Positions 36,538 through 46,323 of a stretch of 64,000 nucleotides of DNA are shown piece by piece (the stretch's first letter is position 1; the number at the start of each line of letters is the position of its first letter). The stretch is taken from assembly GCA_963666215.2 (NCBI GenBank), contig CAXWPL010000003.1, positions 32,001-96,000 on the forward strand, written 5' to 3'. The position numbers and the translations under genes were made by a program. The DNA comes from Acidobacteriota bacterium. GTDB taxonomy: Bacteria; Acidobacteriota; UBA890; WLXD01. The notes under the pieces were generated by a model, which did no database searches, had not been told where the DNA came from, and saw only the letters and a program-made list of their open reading frames with translations.

Positions 36538-39327
36538 TTGCCGCTTCCGGGCGCCTTTTCACGGATGTTCTGCCCCCTCGCTCGCGACTCGATGCCACAA
36601 CCACGCCAGATTCGCACTGCGTCGTATGCAGGGCTCTGCGCCGTACTCCTTGCGGGCACGACGCTCTTCATGCCTGCGCTCGCAGCGGCCGGCACCGCTG
36701 TCCCGCCGGCGCCCTGGCAGGCTGACGCCGCAGCCTCGACGCTCTCGCTGTTGGGAGAGCTGCGTGGCCCCGATGGAGTGCCGCTGGCGGGCGCTACCGT
36801 CGTGTTGCTGTCGTCGGCGCGCACGACGCTGGAACAGACGACCACCGACGAAACCGGCGGCTTCGAGTTCGACGGATTGCAGCCTGGCACCTACGTCCTG
36901 CGGTCGATTGGGACCCAGTTCGGCGAACAGGAGCGTGTCGTTGAGCTCGTGGTGAACATGGATCGCGTCGACTTGGCACTGCGCCAGGCCGGGTTCGAAG
37001 AGCGGATCACCGTCACCGCGTCGCGTGGCAGCGTCCGCGAAGCAACGCGCGTCCCGGCAACGGTGCGCTCGCTCCCTAAGGCGGCGCTCCTGCTCCGGGC
37101 TGCCGATCTTCTCCCCCGGATGCTCGACGAGGAACCTGGGGTGCTGACGCAGCAAACGACCCCGGGGCAGGGCTCACCCGTGCTGCGTGGGCAGAGTGCC
37201 CAGGCGGTTCTCTACCTGATCGACGGAATTCGCTTCAACAACAGCACCTACCGTGGCGGCAACACGCAGTACCTCGCCTGGGTGCCCGACGTGGCAGTCG
37301 AGAGCGTCGAAATTCTGCTCGGTCCAGCGGGCGTCAACTACGGCAGCGACGCTCTCGGAGGAGCAATCAATGTGCTCACGGCCTCGCTGTCCGGCTTTTC
37401 GGCACCAGGTGCCAGCCCGCGGGTGAACGGCAGCGTGCGCGCCTACGGCGAGCTGGCCTCGCAAGGCGCCGGGTCGAACGCCACGCTGGGGATCGCCGGC
37501 AGCCACTTCGCCGGCTACGCCGCGATCAACGGCGCGCGGCATCAGAACCTGCGCAGCGGTCGCGGCTTCGACTCGCACAACGTACTGGTGCGCTTTCTGG
37601 GTTTCGATCGTGAGCAGCTGCAGACAGCGCTTGGCAGCCGCAACCGCGATACCTCCTATTCGCAAGGCGGCGTCACGCTGAAGGGCGCTTGGAGGCTCGG
37701 GCCGACGTCGACCCTTTCCGGCTTCTTCGTTCGCTCCGGGCAAAGCGGCGTCCGGCGCTACGACCGCTTGCTCGGCGGCGAAGGTCGGTTCCGCGCCGAC
37801 TTCACGCCTCAGCGGCTGGAGTTCGGCTACCTGAGGTACCAGACCGTGATTTCGGGAACGATTCTCGAGAGCACCGTGTCGGTGAATCGACAGACCGACG
37901 GGCGCCTCGATCAGAATCGCCCGTTCGACGTCCTGCAAACCGAGCTCAGCGTCGTCACCGCCACCGGGCTCGAGGTGATGGCAACCAAGACGGCAGGCGA
38001 ACACATCCTGACGGCCGGCATGGAGGTCTATGACGAGCGCGTCGACGCGAGCCGTACCTTCAGCCTCGACGGCGTCACCAACCCCGTTCGCCCGCGCTTC
38101 CCCGACGACAGCCGCTACACGTCCCTTGGGCTCTTTCTGCTGGACGAGTTGAGCGTCGGTCGCCTGAATATCTCGGGCGGGGCTCGATACTCGCGCTTTC
38201 GATACAAGGCCGACGCGAGCAAGAACATCATCAACGGAATTGTCGTCGTCCCCTCCAGTACCGAGACCTTCGACGACATCACCATGAACCTCGGTGCCAC
38301 GTTGTTGATCGGGGACCAGGCAACCGGGTACGCCCGCGTTGCCCGTGGCTTCCGCGCGCCCTCCATATTCGACCTCAGCGAGGTCGGCCTCACCGGCGGC
38401 GGCTTCGAGATCTCACCCGACAGCGCGATAACGCTTGGCTCACAAATCGGCAACTCCTCGGGACCTGATGCGGTGACCACCGGCCTTGTCTGGCAGCCGC
38501 TCGAGCCCGAGGTGTTGTGGAGCTTCGAAGGCGGTTTTCGTTGGAGCGCCGACGACCTTCAGATCGAGATCGCCTCCTTCAACAACGACCTCTACAACGC
38601 CCTGTCGCGGCGCGCCGTCATCGTCAGCGCCGACGTCGTGGGCACCGACGTCGGCGAGCCGATCGTCGCCCAGGACGAGCTCGGCCGGATTTTCGTGAGC
38701 TCGAGCCCAGACCCCGTCGTGTCCCGTGCGAATATCGGCCGCGTCCGCGTGTGGGGCCTCGAGGCCACGGTGAGGAAGGCTTGGGGCGCGCGCTGGGGCG
38801 GCATATTGAAGGCGGCACTGCAACGCGGCAACGAGCTCGACACCGGCAACTTCGCGCGCAAGATCTCCCCCGACAACGTCACCGCCACGCTGCGCTGGAA
38901 TGCACCGACCGGGCGCCTTTGGCTCGAGGGGGTTCTTCGAGGCGCGCGCCGACAGTCGCGCCTCAACCCGGCCGACATTCGCGATCCGCGCGTCGGTGCC
39001 TTCCGTGAGACGGAGGATATCGCCGACTTCTTCGCCGTCGACGGCCCGCGGCTCGGTTTGGTCGCCGACGGCATCTTGCTGGCCACGGGGGAAACCCTCG
39101 ACGAGGTGATCGCCCGCGTCCTGGGCGACGACGTGGACGGCCGGGCCCTGTTCACGAGCACGCCGGGCTGGGTCAGCCTCGGGATTCGAGGCGGCTACAC
39201 GGTGGCGGAGGGTCATCAACTGCTCTTCGTGCTGAACAATCTGACCGACCGCAACTACCGAATGCACGGCTCCGGCATCGACGCGGCCGGCTTCAACGTC
39301 AATATCGCGTACTCGATCGACTTCTAG
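36538..39327 (+). CDS. TonB-dependent receptor with an N-terminal carboxypeptidase-regulatory-like domain
   Basis: PLAGATV...TTTDETGGF, ITVTASR, plug SPVLRG...LIDGIRFN, YGSDALGGAIN, NLTDRNY, terminal F; true start uncertain (36592 also plausible). Confidence 0.92.
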   Translation: MPLPGAFSRMFCPLARDSMPQPRQIRTASYAGLCAVLLAGTTLFMPALAAAGTAVPPAPWQADAAASTLSLLGELRGPDGVPLAGATVVLLSSARTTLEQTTTDETGGFEFDGLQPGTYVLRSIGTQFGEQERVVELVVNMDRVDLALRQAGFEERITVTASRGSVREATRVPATVRSLPKAALLLRAADLLPRMLDEEPGVLTQQTTPGQGSPVLRGQSAQAVLYLIDGIRFNNSTYRGGNTQYLAWVPDVAVESVEILLGPAGVNYGSDALGGAINVLTASLSGFSAPGASPRVNGSVRAYGELASQGAGSNATLGIAGSHFAGYAAINGARHQNLRSGRGFDSHNVLVRFLGFDREQLQTALGSRNRDTSYSQGGVTLKGAWRLGPTSTLSGFFVRSGQSGVRRYDRLLGGEGRFRADFTPQRLEFGYLRYQTVISGTILESTVSVNRQTDGRLDQNRPFDVLQTELSVVTATGLEVMATKTAGEHILTAGMEVYDERVDASRTFSLDGVTNPVRPRFPDDSRYTSLGLFLLDELSVGRLNISGGARYSRFRYKADASKNIINGIVVVPSSTETFDDITMNLGATLLIGDQATGYARVARGFRAPSIFDLSEVGLTGGGFEISPDSAITLGSQIGNSSGPDAVTTGLVWQPLEPEVLWSFEGGFRWSADDLQIEIASFNNDLYNALSRRAVIVSADVVGTDVGEPIVAQDELGRIFVSSSPDPVVSRANIGRVRVWGLEATVRKAWGARWGGILKAALQRGNELDTGNFARKISPDNVTATLRWNAPTGRLWLEGVLRGARRQSRLNPADIRDPRVGAFRETEDIADFFAVDGPRLGLVADGILLATGETLDEVIARVLGDDVDGRALFTSTPGWVSLGIRGGYTVAEGHQLLFVLNNLTDRNYRMHGSGIDAAGFNVNIAYSIDF

Positions 39328-39597
39328 ATCCAGCGTGGCACGGCACAGAATGGAGATCGGTGGCCGCCGATTGCCGCGCTTGGTCGGTCGCGGCATCCCC
39401 TCTGATGCCAGCCCCCTCGACCAGCCTGCGGACGCGGCTAACACGCCCACTCATGATCGGGTGCCCCTCCTCACAGTGCTCACGTCGAATGGTCTTCTGG
39501 CCCGACGGAGAGCCTCGTTGGAGACCTACGTGCCCACCCGTCTCACTGCTCGACGCCGCACCATCGCGCTCTCATCCATCTGAGCCGCGTTCCCTCG

Positions 39598-40203
39598 TTG
39601 GTGTTGCTCGCCCTCCTCGCGGCCTCCCACCCGGCCGGCTCGGCGACTTCAATCGACAACCCGATCGTGTTCGTCAAGCAAACGCCGGTCAGCGCCACGT
39701 TCGCCACCATCTCGGACATCTTCGGCAACTTCACGTCGTTCGACCCCAGCGACGGCCAGCCAACCGGGGGCGGGCTTTTTCGCCTCGATGTCAACGGCAA
39801 GACCAAGCAGATCGCCGGCAACAAGAACAGCGCGGTCCGCGATCCGGAGATCTCGTCCGACGGTAAGTCGGTGCTCTTCGCCATGAAGCGTCGCAAGCTC
39901 CTCGGCGAGGCCTCCATCCGCGCCGACGGCTCATTCGCGATTGCCGTGCCTCCGAACACGCCGATTATCTGGGAGATCCTCAACAATTCCGGAAAGATGC
40001 TCGCGGAGGAGCGCTTCTGGACCGAGCTGGCACCTGGAGAGGTCAGAACGTGCAATGGCTGCCACGCGCCACACAAGCCAAAAGCGGTCTCCCGCAAGAA
40101 TTCCGCGCTCGAGAACGTGTCGAACCTGAGCGGTCGCACAATTGATGGGGACAAGAATGGCTTGGCCGATCTCGTGGAGGCTCTGGGCCTCATCAGGCGG
40201 TAG
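39598..40203 (+). pseudogene. Shortened HzsA-related (hydrazine synthase alpha middle domain-like) c-type heme protein
   Basis: PD40-like VRDPEISSDGKSVLFAM directly followed by LLGEASIRADGSFAIAVPPNTP...ELAPGEVRTCNGCH; only about 200 aa, and the RBS-preceded GTG 39530 is out of frame. Confidence 0.65.
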
Positions 40204-40216
40204 CACGGGGCCCGCG

Positions 40217-40264
40217 GCGGCGGTGCGGCGGTGCGGCGGTGCGGCGGTGCGGCGGTGCGGCGGT
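40217..40264. repeat. Tandem repeat (GCGGCGGT)6
   Basis: Six perfect 8-bp units counted in the intergenic region. Confidence 0.95.
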
Positions 40265-40341
40265 GCGGTGAAACATCCAGGCCGCTGTGGCGTACCTAGT
40301 GGGCAGCGACCCGGTTGCAACCCTCAGCGCAGGACACCCTC

Positions 40342-41004
40342 ATGCGACTCGCCACCCTACCGCTGGTACTGCTTCTTGCCTCGACGGTCTCGACCGTCTC
40401 GACCGCACCGATACGTGGCGAGGACGTTCGTTCGTTCAGCCGCGCCTTCGAAGCCGCGGATCTCGAGTCTGTCATGCTCGATTTCCCGGTCGGCGAGGTC
40501 GAGGTGGAAGGAACCGGCGGCGACCGAGTGGAGATCGACATCGTGTTCGCGTGCAAGACGAGTGGCTGGGGCAGCTCGACCTGTCGCGACCGAGCCGACG
40601 AGATCGAGCTCGAGTCGCAGACGCGAGGCAGTCAGCTTCGGCTCAACCTCGATGGCTACGGAACTATCCGGCACCGCGGTCTGACGATCCGCCTGCACGC
40701 GCGCGTGCCCAGGGACCTCGATTTCGAGCTTGATATGGGCATAGGCGAAGCCTCCCTCAAGAACCTGGAAGGCAATGTGACCGTCGACCTCGGCATTGGC
40801 GAAGTGGGGCTCGCACTGCAGGAAGAGATGGTCGGCAGCGTGCGTCTGGACAACGGCATCGGCGAGACGTCGCTGCGGACCACGCGAGACCGCAAGGAGC
40901 ACGCCGGCCTGTTCGTCGGCGAGCTCACCTGGGCCCAGGGCAACGGCGACTCTCGAATTCAGGTTGACCTCGGGATTGGCGAGATCACCGTCCGACTGCA
41001 ATAG
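40342..41004 (+). CDS. Secreted DUF4097/adhesin-like beta-repeat protein
   Basis: Signal peptide; repeats DMGIGE, DLGIGE, DNGIGE, DLGIGE. Confidence 0.75.
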   Translation: MRLATLPLVLLLASTVSTVSTAPIRGEDVRSFSRAFEAADLESVMLDFPVGEVEVEGTGGDRVEIDIVFACKTSGWGSSTCRDRADEIELESQTRGSQLRLNLDGYGTIRHRGLTIRLHARVPRDLDFELDMGIGEASLKNLEGNVTVDLGIGEVGLALQEEMVGSVRLDNGIGETSLRTTRDRKEHAGLFVGELTWAQGNGDSRIQVDLGIGEITVRLQ

Positions 41005-41024
41005 AGCGCATTGCGAGCCAGTAG

Positions 41025-41840
41025 CTAGCGCAGGCGGCCCTCGAGAACCGTAATCGCCTGCCCGGCGATCGCCACGCGCTCACCCTCGAGCCGCATGCGA
41101 ACCACGCCGCCACGCAGGCTGGCTTGATAGCCGATGAGGTCGGTCTTCCCGAGCCGTTCCGCCCAGAACGGCGCCAGAGCCGTGTGAGCCGATCCGGTGA
41201 CGGGATCCTCGTCAACGCCCGATTGTGGAGCGAAGAAACGCGAGACGAAGTCGAGCCCCTCGATGCCGCTCTTGCCATCGGCGGCGGCGGTAACCCCAAC
41301 GCCACGGGCTTCGATCGCGCCCAGCTTGCGCAGGGTCGGCGACAGATCGCGCACCGCCTGCTCGGAGTCGAGCAGGACGTAAACGTCATCGACGTTGCGG
41401 CCGATCCACACCGGCTCCGCTCCAAGAGCCTCGGCAAGCAATGCCTCGGCCGAGCGGGCGGCGACCTCCAGCGGCGGACGCGCTGGAAAATCCATCTCGA
41501 TCCAGCCGGGCTCCTGTGCTCGCTGGCAGCCGAGTCGGCCGCTGCGGGTGTCGAACCGAATCTGGTCGCCCGCCTCCACCGTCCCGCTCTCCCACAAGAC
41601 GTGGGCGGCTGCCAGTGTTGCGTGGCCACAAAGATCGACCTCAGTCGACGGCGTGAACCACCGCAGCCCGAAAACGTTGGCGTCGTCGGTGTCGAGTACG
41701 AAGGCTGTTTCGGAGAGATTCATCTCCATCGCGACCGATTGCATCCAGTCGTCGCGCGGCTTCGAATCGAGCAGGCAAACAGCCGCTGGGTTGCCGACAA
41801 AGGGGCGGTCGGCGAAGGCATCGACTTGGTAGAGTTTCAC
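41025..41840 (-). CDS. PhzF family isomerase
   Basis: QVDAF...GNPAAV, NLSETAF, EVDLCGHATLA, EDPVTGSAH. Confidence 0.93.
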   Translation of the reverse strand: MKLYQVDAFADRPFVGNPAAVCLLDSKPRDDWMQSVAMEMNLSETAFVLDTDDANVFGLRWFTPSTEVDLCGHATLAAAHVLWESGTVEAGDQIRFDTRSGRLGCQRAQEPGWIEMDFPARPPLEVAARSAEALLAEALGAEPVWIGRNVDDVYVLLDSEQAVRDLSPTLRKLGAIEARGVGVTAAADGKSGIEGLDFVSRFFAPQSGVDEDPVTGSAHTALAPFWAERLGKTDLIGYQASLRGGVVRMRLEGERVAIAGQAITVLEGRLR

Positions 41841-41921
41841 ACCGCCCTCGGGAACCGTCGACCGCTTGTGCCAAGCGCCTCATGACGTTCGACTTCGACT
41901 CGACTGAGGTAGGATGCCGCC

Positions 41922-42707
41922 ATGCGAAAGTTTCGATTCCTGCTGCTTATACCACTGCTCGCGGCCGCGCCGTATGCCGCTCCGGGAACTTCCTACGGCG
42001 CTGCTCTTCAAGAATCGGGCGCCCAAGAGAGTGCGCAGCAGGAGGGGGCAACGACCCCGCCCGCTGGCGACATCGGCGACGAGGGAGGAAGCCTCGAAAT
42101 CTTCGGGCGATGGCGATTTCTGCCGGAGCTCAGCCACGACGTTCAGGAACGCTTCCAGTTCCCGATGAAGCGCGACCGCCGCGACGAAGAAGATGCCCGC
42201 GCCGCCGGCGGCCGCGGTGGCGGGGCCGGCTCGAACGCTGGCTCTCGACAAGCAGGAGGCAGCAGCCAGAGCGCAGTCGGCGGCGGCGGCGGCGGCGGGC
42301 GGGGAGACGGTGGATTCGGTCGTAGGGTGCTGTTCGCTCGCACGAGCTTTACGCCGCAGACGATCGTGATCGAGCGTGAGGGCACAACTCTTCGTGTCCA
42401 GGAAGACGACCAGGTCCGCTCCATCGACACCTCCGGTGGCAAGATAAGAGAAGTCATGGGAGGCGGCCGCTGGGAGACGATCGGCAGCTACGAAGATGGC
42501 GTTCTGACCCTCCGCTCGACCATCGACATGGGCGGCGTTTCGCGATTCGGCTACCAGCTCGACCCCGAGACCGGGCACCTGATCACCACGCTGCGGGTGC
42601 ATCCGCGAGTCATGAGCCAGCCCTTCACGGTGCGTCGCGTCTATGAGCGGGACGAGTCGAGCGAACCCGCCGTCGAGACGCCTGAGCAGGCTCGCGACTC
42701 CAACTAG
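41922..42707 (+). CDS. Secreted hypothetical protein, FABP/lipocalin-like (paralog 1)
   Basis: Signal peptide, IFGRWRFLPELS, Gly-rich insert, beta-strand core, FTVRRVYER. Confidence 0.7.
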   Translation: MRKFRFLLLIPLLAAAPYAAPGTSYGAALQESGAQESAQQEGATTPPAGDIGDEGGSLEIFGRWRFLPELSHDVQERFQFPMKRDRRDEEDARAAGGRGGGAGSNAGSRQAGGSSQSAVGGGGGGGRGDGGFGRRVLFARTSFTPQTIVIEREGTTLRVQEDDQVRSIDTSGGKIREVMGGGRWETIGSYEDGVLTLRSTIDMGGVSRFGYQLDPETGHLITTLRVHPRVMSQPFTVRRVYERDESSEPAVETPEQARDSN

Positions 42708-42773
42708 GGCCGACTCTCGACCGAGCTCGAGAGCGAGTGCCTCCACGCAGTTTGGCTGAGGTACGATGCCAGC

Positions 42774-43688
42774 ATGCGGAAGTATGGCGCCTTCACATTG
42801 ATCGTCGTCTTGGCCAGCGCTCTCTCGTTGGTCGCGATTCCCGTCACCCGCGCGAGCGGGCAAGCCGAGCGTGGTTCGCCGGCGCAAGCAACTGCGGCGC
42901 CCAGCAGCAACGACGGCGATGCGCCCACAATCGTTGGCCAATGGCAGCTACTGCCTGGCCTGAGCCACGACGCCTGGAAGCGTTACCGGTTCGCGGTCAA
43001 ACGCGAACGCAGCCGGGCCAAATCCGCCGCCGCGAGCGGCGGCGATGGTGATGACGATGGCGATGGCGATGGCGATGGCGATGGCGGCGATACCGACCGC
43101 TCGTCGCGAAATGCCCCGCGCATTGGAGTGTTGGGCGGCCGAGCAGCCTGGAGGAAATTGCCGAACGACCGTACCGGGATTCGTGGTGGCGGCGGCAGCA
43201 AGAGCGGCGACGGCGGACACGGTCGTGGCCAGCTATTCGCGCGCGCCGGATTCACTCCGCAGTCCGTCGTGATCGAGCGGGAAGGCACGACGTTCCACAT
43301 CCACGAGGACGACCAGAGCCGTTCGATCGACACCGAGTCCATTCGGTTCGATGAGCCCATGGGCAACGGCCGCTGGGAAACCAGCGGCAACTATCGCGAC
43401 GGGCTCCTCACAGTCCGTTCCTGGATCAACCTCGGCGGGAATGCGCGGTTCGGCTACCGTCTCGACGCAGAGAGCGGCCATCTGATCATGACCCTACGCC
43501 TGCAACCTCGCACGGCTGCCGCTCATTTCACGGTGCGGCGCGTATACGAACGTGTGGAGGGCGCCGCGGAGGTCCCGACCTCACAGGCCGGCGAGCACGC
43601 ACCCGCGCGCCCGAGCGACCAAGCTGGGCAGGACCGACCGGCCGAGCGAAGCGCGCCGGCCAACGGCGACTGGCGGTACACGAAGTAA
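42774..43688 (+). CDS. Secreted hypothetical protein, FABP/lipocalin-like (paralog 2)
   Basis: Signal peptide, IVGQWQLLPGLS, Gly/Asp insert, core alignable by eye to paralog 1, FTVRRVYER. Confidence 0.7.
   Translation: MRKYGAFTLIVVLASALSLVAIPVTRASGQAERGSPAQATAAPSSNDGDAPTIVGQWQLLPGLSHDAWKRYRFAVKRERSRAKSAAASGGDGDDDGDGDGDGDGGDTDRSSRNAPRIGVLGGRAAWRKLPNDRTGIRGGGGSKSGDGGHGRGQLFARAGFTPQSVVIEREGTTFHIHEDDQSRSIDTESIRFDEPMGNGRWETSGNYRDGLLTVRSWINLGGNARFGYRLDAESGHLIMTLRLQPRTAAAHFTVRRVYERVEGAAEVPTSQAGEHAPARPSDQAGQDRPAERSAPANGDWRYTK
43056..43085. repeat. Coding tandem repeat (GATGGC)5 encoding poly(Asp-Gly)
   Basis: Five perfect hexamers counted. Confidence 0.9.
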
Positions 43689-43734
43689 TCTACGTAGCCA
43701 ACGCCGCCGTCTCTGAAGGGTTGGAGAAGCCCCC

Positions 43735-45342
43735 ATGGAACCCATCGCCTGCACGTTCGACGTCGACTCTGACGAGGGGCGAAGCAACGCCGAGTTCCAT
43801 CGCGGCCTGGCGGAAGATCTTCGTGAGGCGTTGCGCCGCGCGGGGCAAGGCGGTGGCGCGAAATACCTCGAGCGCCATCGTGACAAGGGCAAGCTCTTCG
43901 TGCGCGACCGCGTTGAACGACTCCTGGACCCGGGCAGTCCCTTTCTCGAGCTGTCGCCGCTGGCTGCCCACGGCCTGTACGACGACCGCGCCCCCGGAGC
44001 CGGCCTGGTTACCGGCATCGGCTCGGTTCACGGCCAGGAAGTGATGATCGTCGCCAACGACGCGACGGTGAAGGGCGGCACCTACTACCCGCTGACCGTC
44101 AAGAAACACCTGCGTGCTCAGCAGGTAGCCCTCGAGAACAATCTGCCTTGCATCTACCTGGTCGACTCCGGTGGCGCCTTTCTGCCGTTGCAGGCCGAGG
44201 TCTTCCCCGATCGTGAGCACTTCGGCCGCATCTTCTACAACCAAGCCCGCATGAGCGCGGCGCGCATACCCCAGATTGCGGTGGTCCTGGGAAGCTGCAC
44301 CGCCGGTGGTGCCTACGTCCCGGCGATGAGCGACGAGGTGGTCATCGTGCGCAATCAGGGCACGATCTTCCTCGGCGGTCCACCGCTCGTGAAAGCGGCA
44401 ACCGGTGAGGAAATCAGCGCCGAGGAGCTCGGCGGCGGCGACGTCCATGCACGCAAGAGCGGCGTGGCTGACCACCTGGCCGCCAACGACAATGAGGCTC
44501 TGCGCATAGCCCGCGACATCGTGCAAAACCTGAACCGCACCAAGAACATCAACGCCGACCTGGCCGAGGCGGAAGAGCCGCTGTTTCCGGCAGACGATCT
44601 GTACGCCCTGCTGCCTCGCCAGCTCAGCCGGCCCTACGATTCGCGCGAGGTCATCGCTCGTCTTGTTGATGGCTCTCGGATGCATGAGTTCAAGTCGCGC
44701 TACGCAACGACGTTGGTTACTGGATTCGCGCGCATCCACGGCTTTCCCGTGGGAATCTTGGCCAACAATGGCGTGCTGTTTTCCGAGAGCGCGCTCAAGG
44801 CGACCCATTTCATCGAGATGTGCGACCTGCGGCGCATTCCACTGCTGTTCCTGCAGAACATCACCGGCTTCATGGTCGGCGGCGACTACGAGGCCGGCGG
44901 CATTGCCAAGGACGGCGCCAAGATGGTCCACGCAGTGGCCAACGCCACCGTCCCGAAGCTCACTGTTATCGTCGGCGGCTCCTTCGGCGCCGGCAACTAC
45001 GGCATGTGCGGCCGAGGTTACGACCCCCGGTTGCTGTTTGCTTGGCCCAACGCGCGGATATCGGTGATGGGTGGCGAGCAAGCTGCGATGGTGCTCGCAC
45101 AGGTCAAGCGCGATCAGTTCGAACGCGAGGGCAGGGCGTGGAGCGACGAGGACGAGGCGGCTTTCAAGCAGCCGATCCTCGACAAGTACGAGGCCGAGGG
45201 GCACCCCTACTACGCCACGGCTCGCCTATGGGACGACGGCATCATCGACCCCGCGCAAACACGCGACGCGCTCGGCCTGGCGATTTCGGCCACCTACAAC
45301 GCACCCATGGCGGAGCCGCGGATGGGCGTGTTCCGCATGTAG
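43735..45342 (+). CDS. liuB: 3-methylcrotonyl-CoA carboxylase carboxyltransferase subunit
   Basis: [52 protein letters not shown] terminus. Confidence 0.92.
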   Translation: MEPIACTFDVDSDEGRSNAEFHRGLAEDLREALRRAGQGGGAKYLERHRDKGKLFVRDRVERLLDPGSPFLELSPLAAHGLYDDRAPGAGLVTGIGSVHGQEVMIVANDATVKGGTYYPLTVKKHLRAQQVALENNLPCIYLVDSGGAFLPLQAEVFPDREHFGRIFYNQARMSAARIPQIAVVLGSCTAGGAYVPAMSDEVVIVRNQGTIFLGGPPLVKAATGEEISAEELGGGDVHARKSGVADHLAANDNEALRIARDIVQNLNRTKNINADLAEAEEPLFPADDLYALLPRQLSRPYDSREVIARLVDGSRMHEFKSRYATTLVTGFARIHGFPVGILANNGVLFSESALKATHFIEMCDLRRIPLLFLQNITGFMVGGDYEAGGIAKDGAKMVHAVANATVPKLTVIVGGSFGAGNYGMCGRGYDPRLLFAWPNARISVMGGEQAAMVLAQVKRDQFEREGRAWSDEDEAAFKQPILDKYEAEGHPYYATARLWDDGIIDPAQTRDALGLAISATYNAPMAEPRMGVFRM

Positions 45343-45450
45343 TCTCTGGCCGCGTGGCGTCACGCGCTCAGCCTTCAGCCAGGAGCCCGCGTGGCGGCCA
45401 CCACGCCTCCGCGGCCAAGACGAGAGATCAGGACCAAGATCAACAACCCC

Positions 45451-46323
45451 ATGACCGAAACCCGCGCAGATGAATCCGGCCGGGCCGCCGATGGAGCCAA
45501 AGCGACCGATGGAGCCCATGCCGCCGACAGGGCTGACGCCCTGAAGACTCTCCGCCTCGAACGCAGCGGCGCTGTGCTGTCGGTGGTGCTGAACAGGCCG
45601 CACGTCCACGACGTGTTCGACGACGTCATGATCGGCGAGCTGACGCGGGTCTTCCGCAGCGCCGCCACCGACCAAGAGGACGCTCGGGTGATCGTCCTGC
45701 GCTCCGCTGGCAAGCACTTCTGTGCCGGCGCCGACCTGAACTGGATGCGGCGCATGGCCGACTATTCGGAAGACGAGAACCGCGAAGATGCGCGGGCGCT
45801 CGAGGCGATGTTTCGTGCGATCGCCACCTGTCCGAAGCCGGTCGTCGTACGCGTGCAGGGAGCGGCGCTGGGTGGAGGCTCCGGTCTCGTCGCCGCAGCC
45901 GACATCGCCGTCGCTTCGACTCGCGCCAGCTTCGCCTTTACCGAAGCCCGCCTCGGAATCCTCCCGGCGATGATCGGACCCTATGTCCTGCGCAAGCTCC
46001 ATCCTGGGCAAGCACAGGCGCTGTTCTTGACGGGCAGTCGGTTCCGCGCCGATCGCGCTCTACAGATTGGCCTGGTGCAACAGGTTGTCGAGCCCGACGA
46101 CCTCGACGAAGCCGTGGACGTGGTCGTTAACGAGCTGCTGGCGTGCAGCCCCGAGGCTCAGGCCCGCATCAAGCGTCTGGTCCCGGCGATCGCGCACGCA
46201 GCTCTAGAACAGGCGGCGTCGGCGACCGTCGACGAGATCACCCAAGCGCGCGCCAGCCGCGATGGCAAGGAAGGCATGGCTGCTTTCCTGGAAAAGCGGC
46301 CGGCGCCGTGGACAGTGGACTAG
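45451..46323 (+). CDS. liuC: Enoyl-CoA hydratase family, probable methylglutaconyl-CoA hydratase
   Basis: FCAGADLNWM, ALGGGSGL, FTEARLGILPAMIGPYV, EGMAAFLEKR; operon context. Confidence 0.85.
   Translation: MTETRADESGRAADGAKATDGAHAADRADALKTLRLERSGAVLSVVLNRPHVHDVFDDVMIGELTRVFRSAATDQEDARVIVLRSAGKHFCAGADLNWMRRMADYSEDENREDARALEAMFRAIATCPKPVVVRVQGAALGGGSGLVAAADIAVASTRASFAFTEARLGILPAMIGPYVLRKLHPGQAQALFLTGSRFRADRALQIGLVQQVVEPDDLDEAVDVVVNELLACSPEAQARIKRLVPAIAHAALEQAASATVDEITQARASRDGKEGMAAFLEKRPAPWTVD

Noticed and set aside
39598-40203. Anammox hydrazine synthase
   Set aside because: Only a short HzsA-like domain; no hzsB/hzsC or multiheme hao-like genes in the window.
40217-40264. CRISPR array
   Set aside because: 8-bp units with no spacers and no cas genes.
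41025-41840. Phenazine biosynthesis cluster
   Set aside because: Lone PhzF-family gene without phzA/B/D/E/G.
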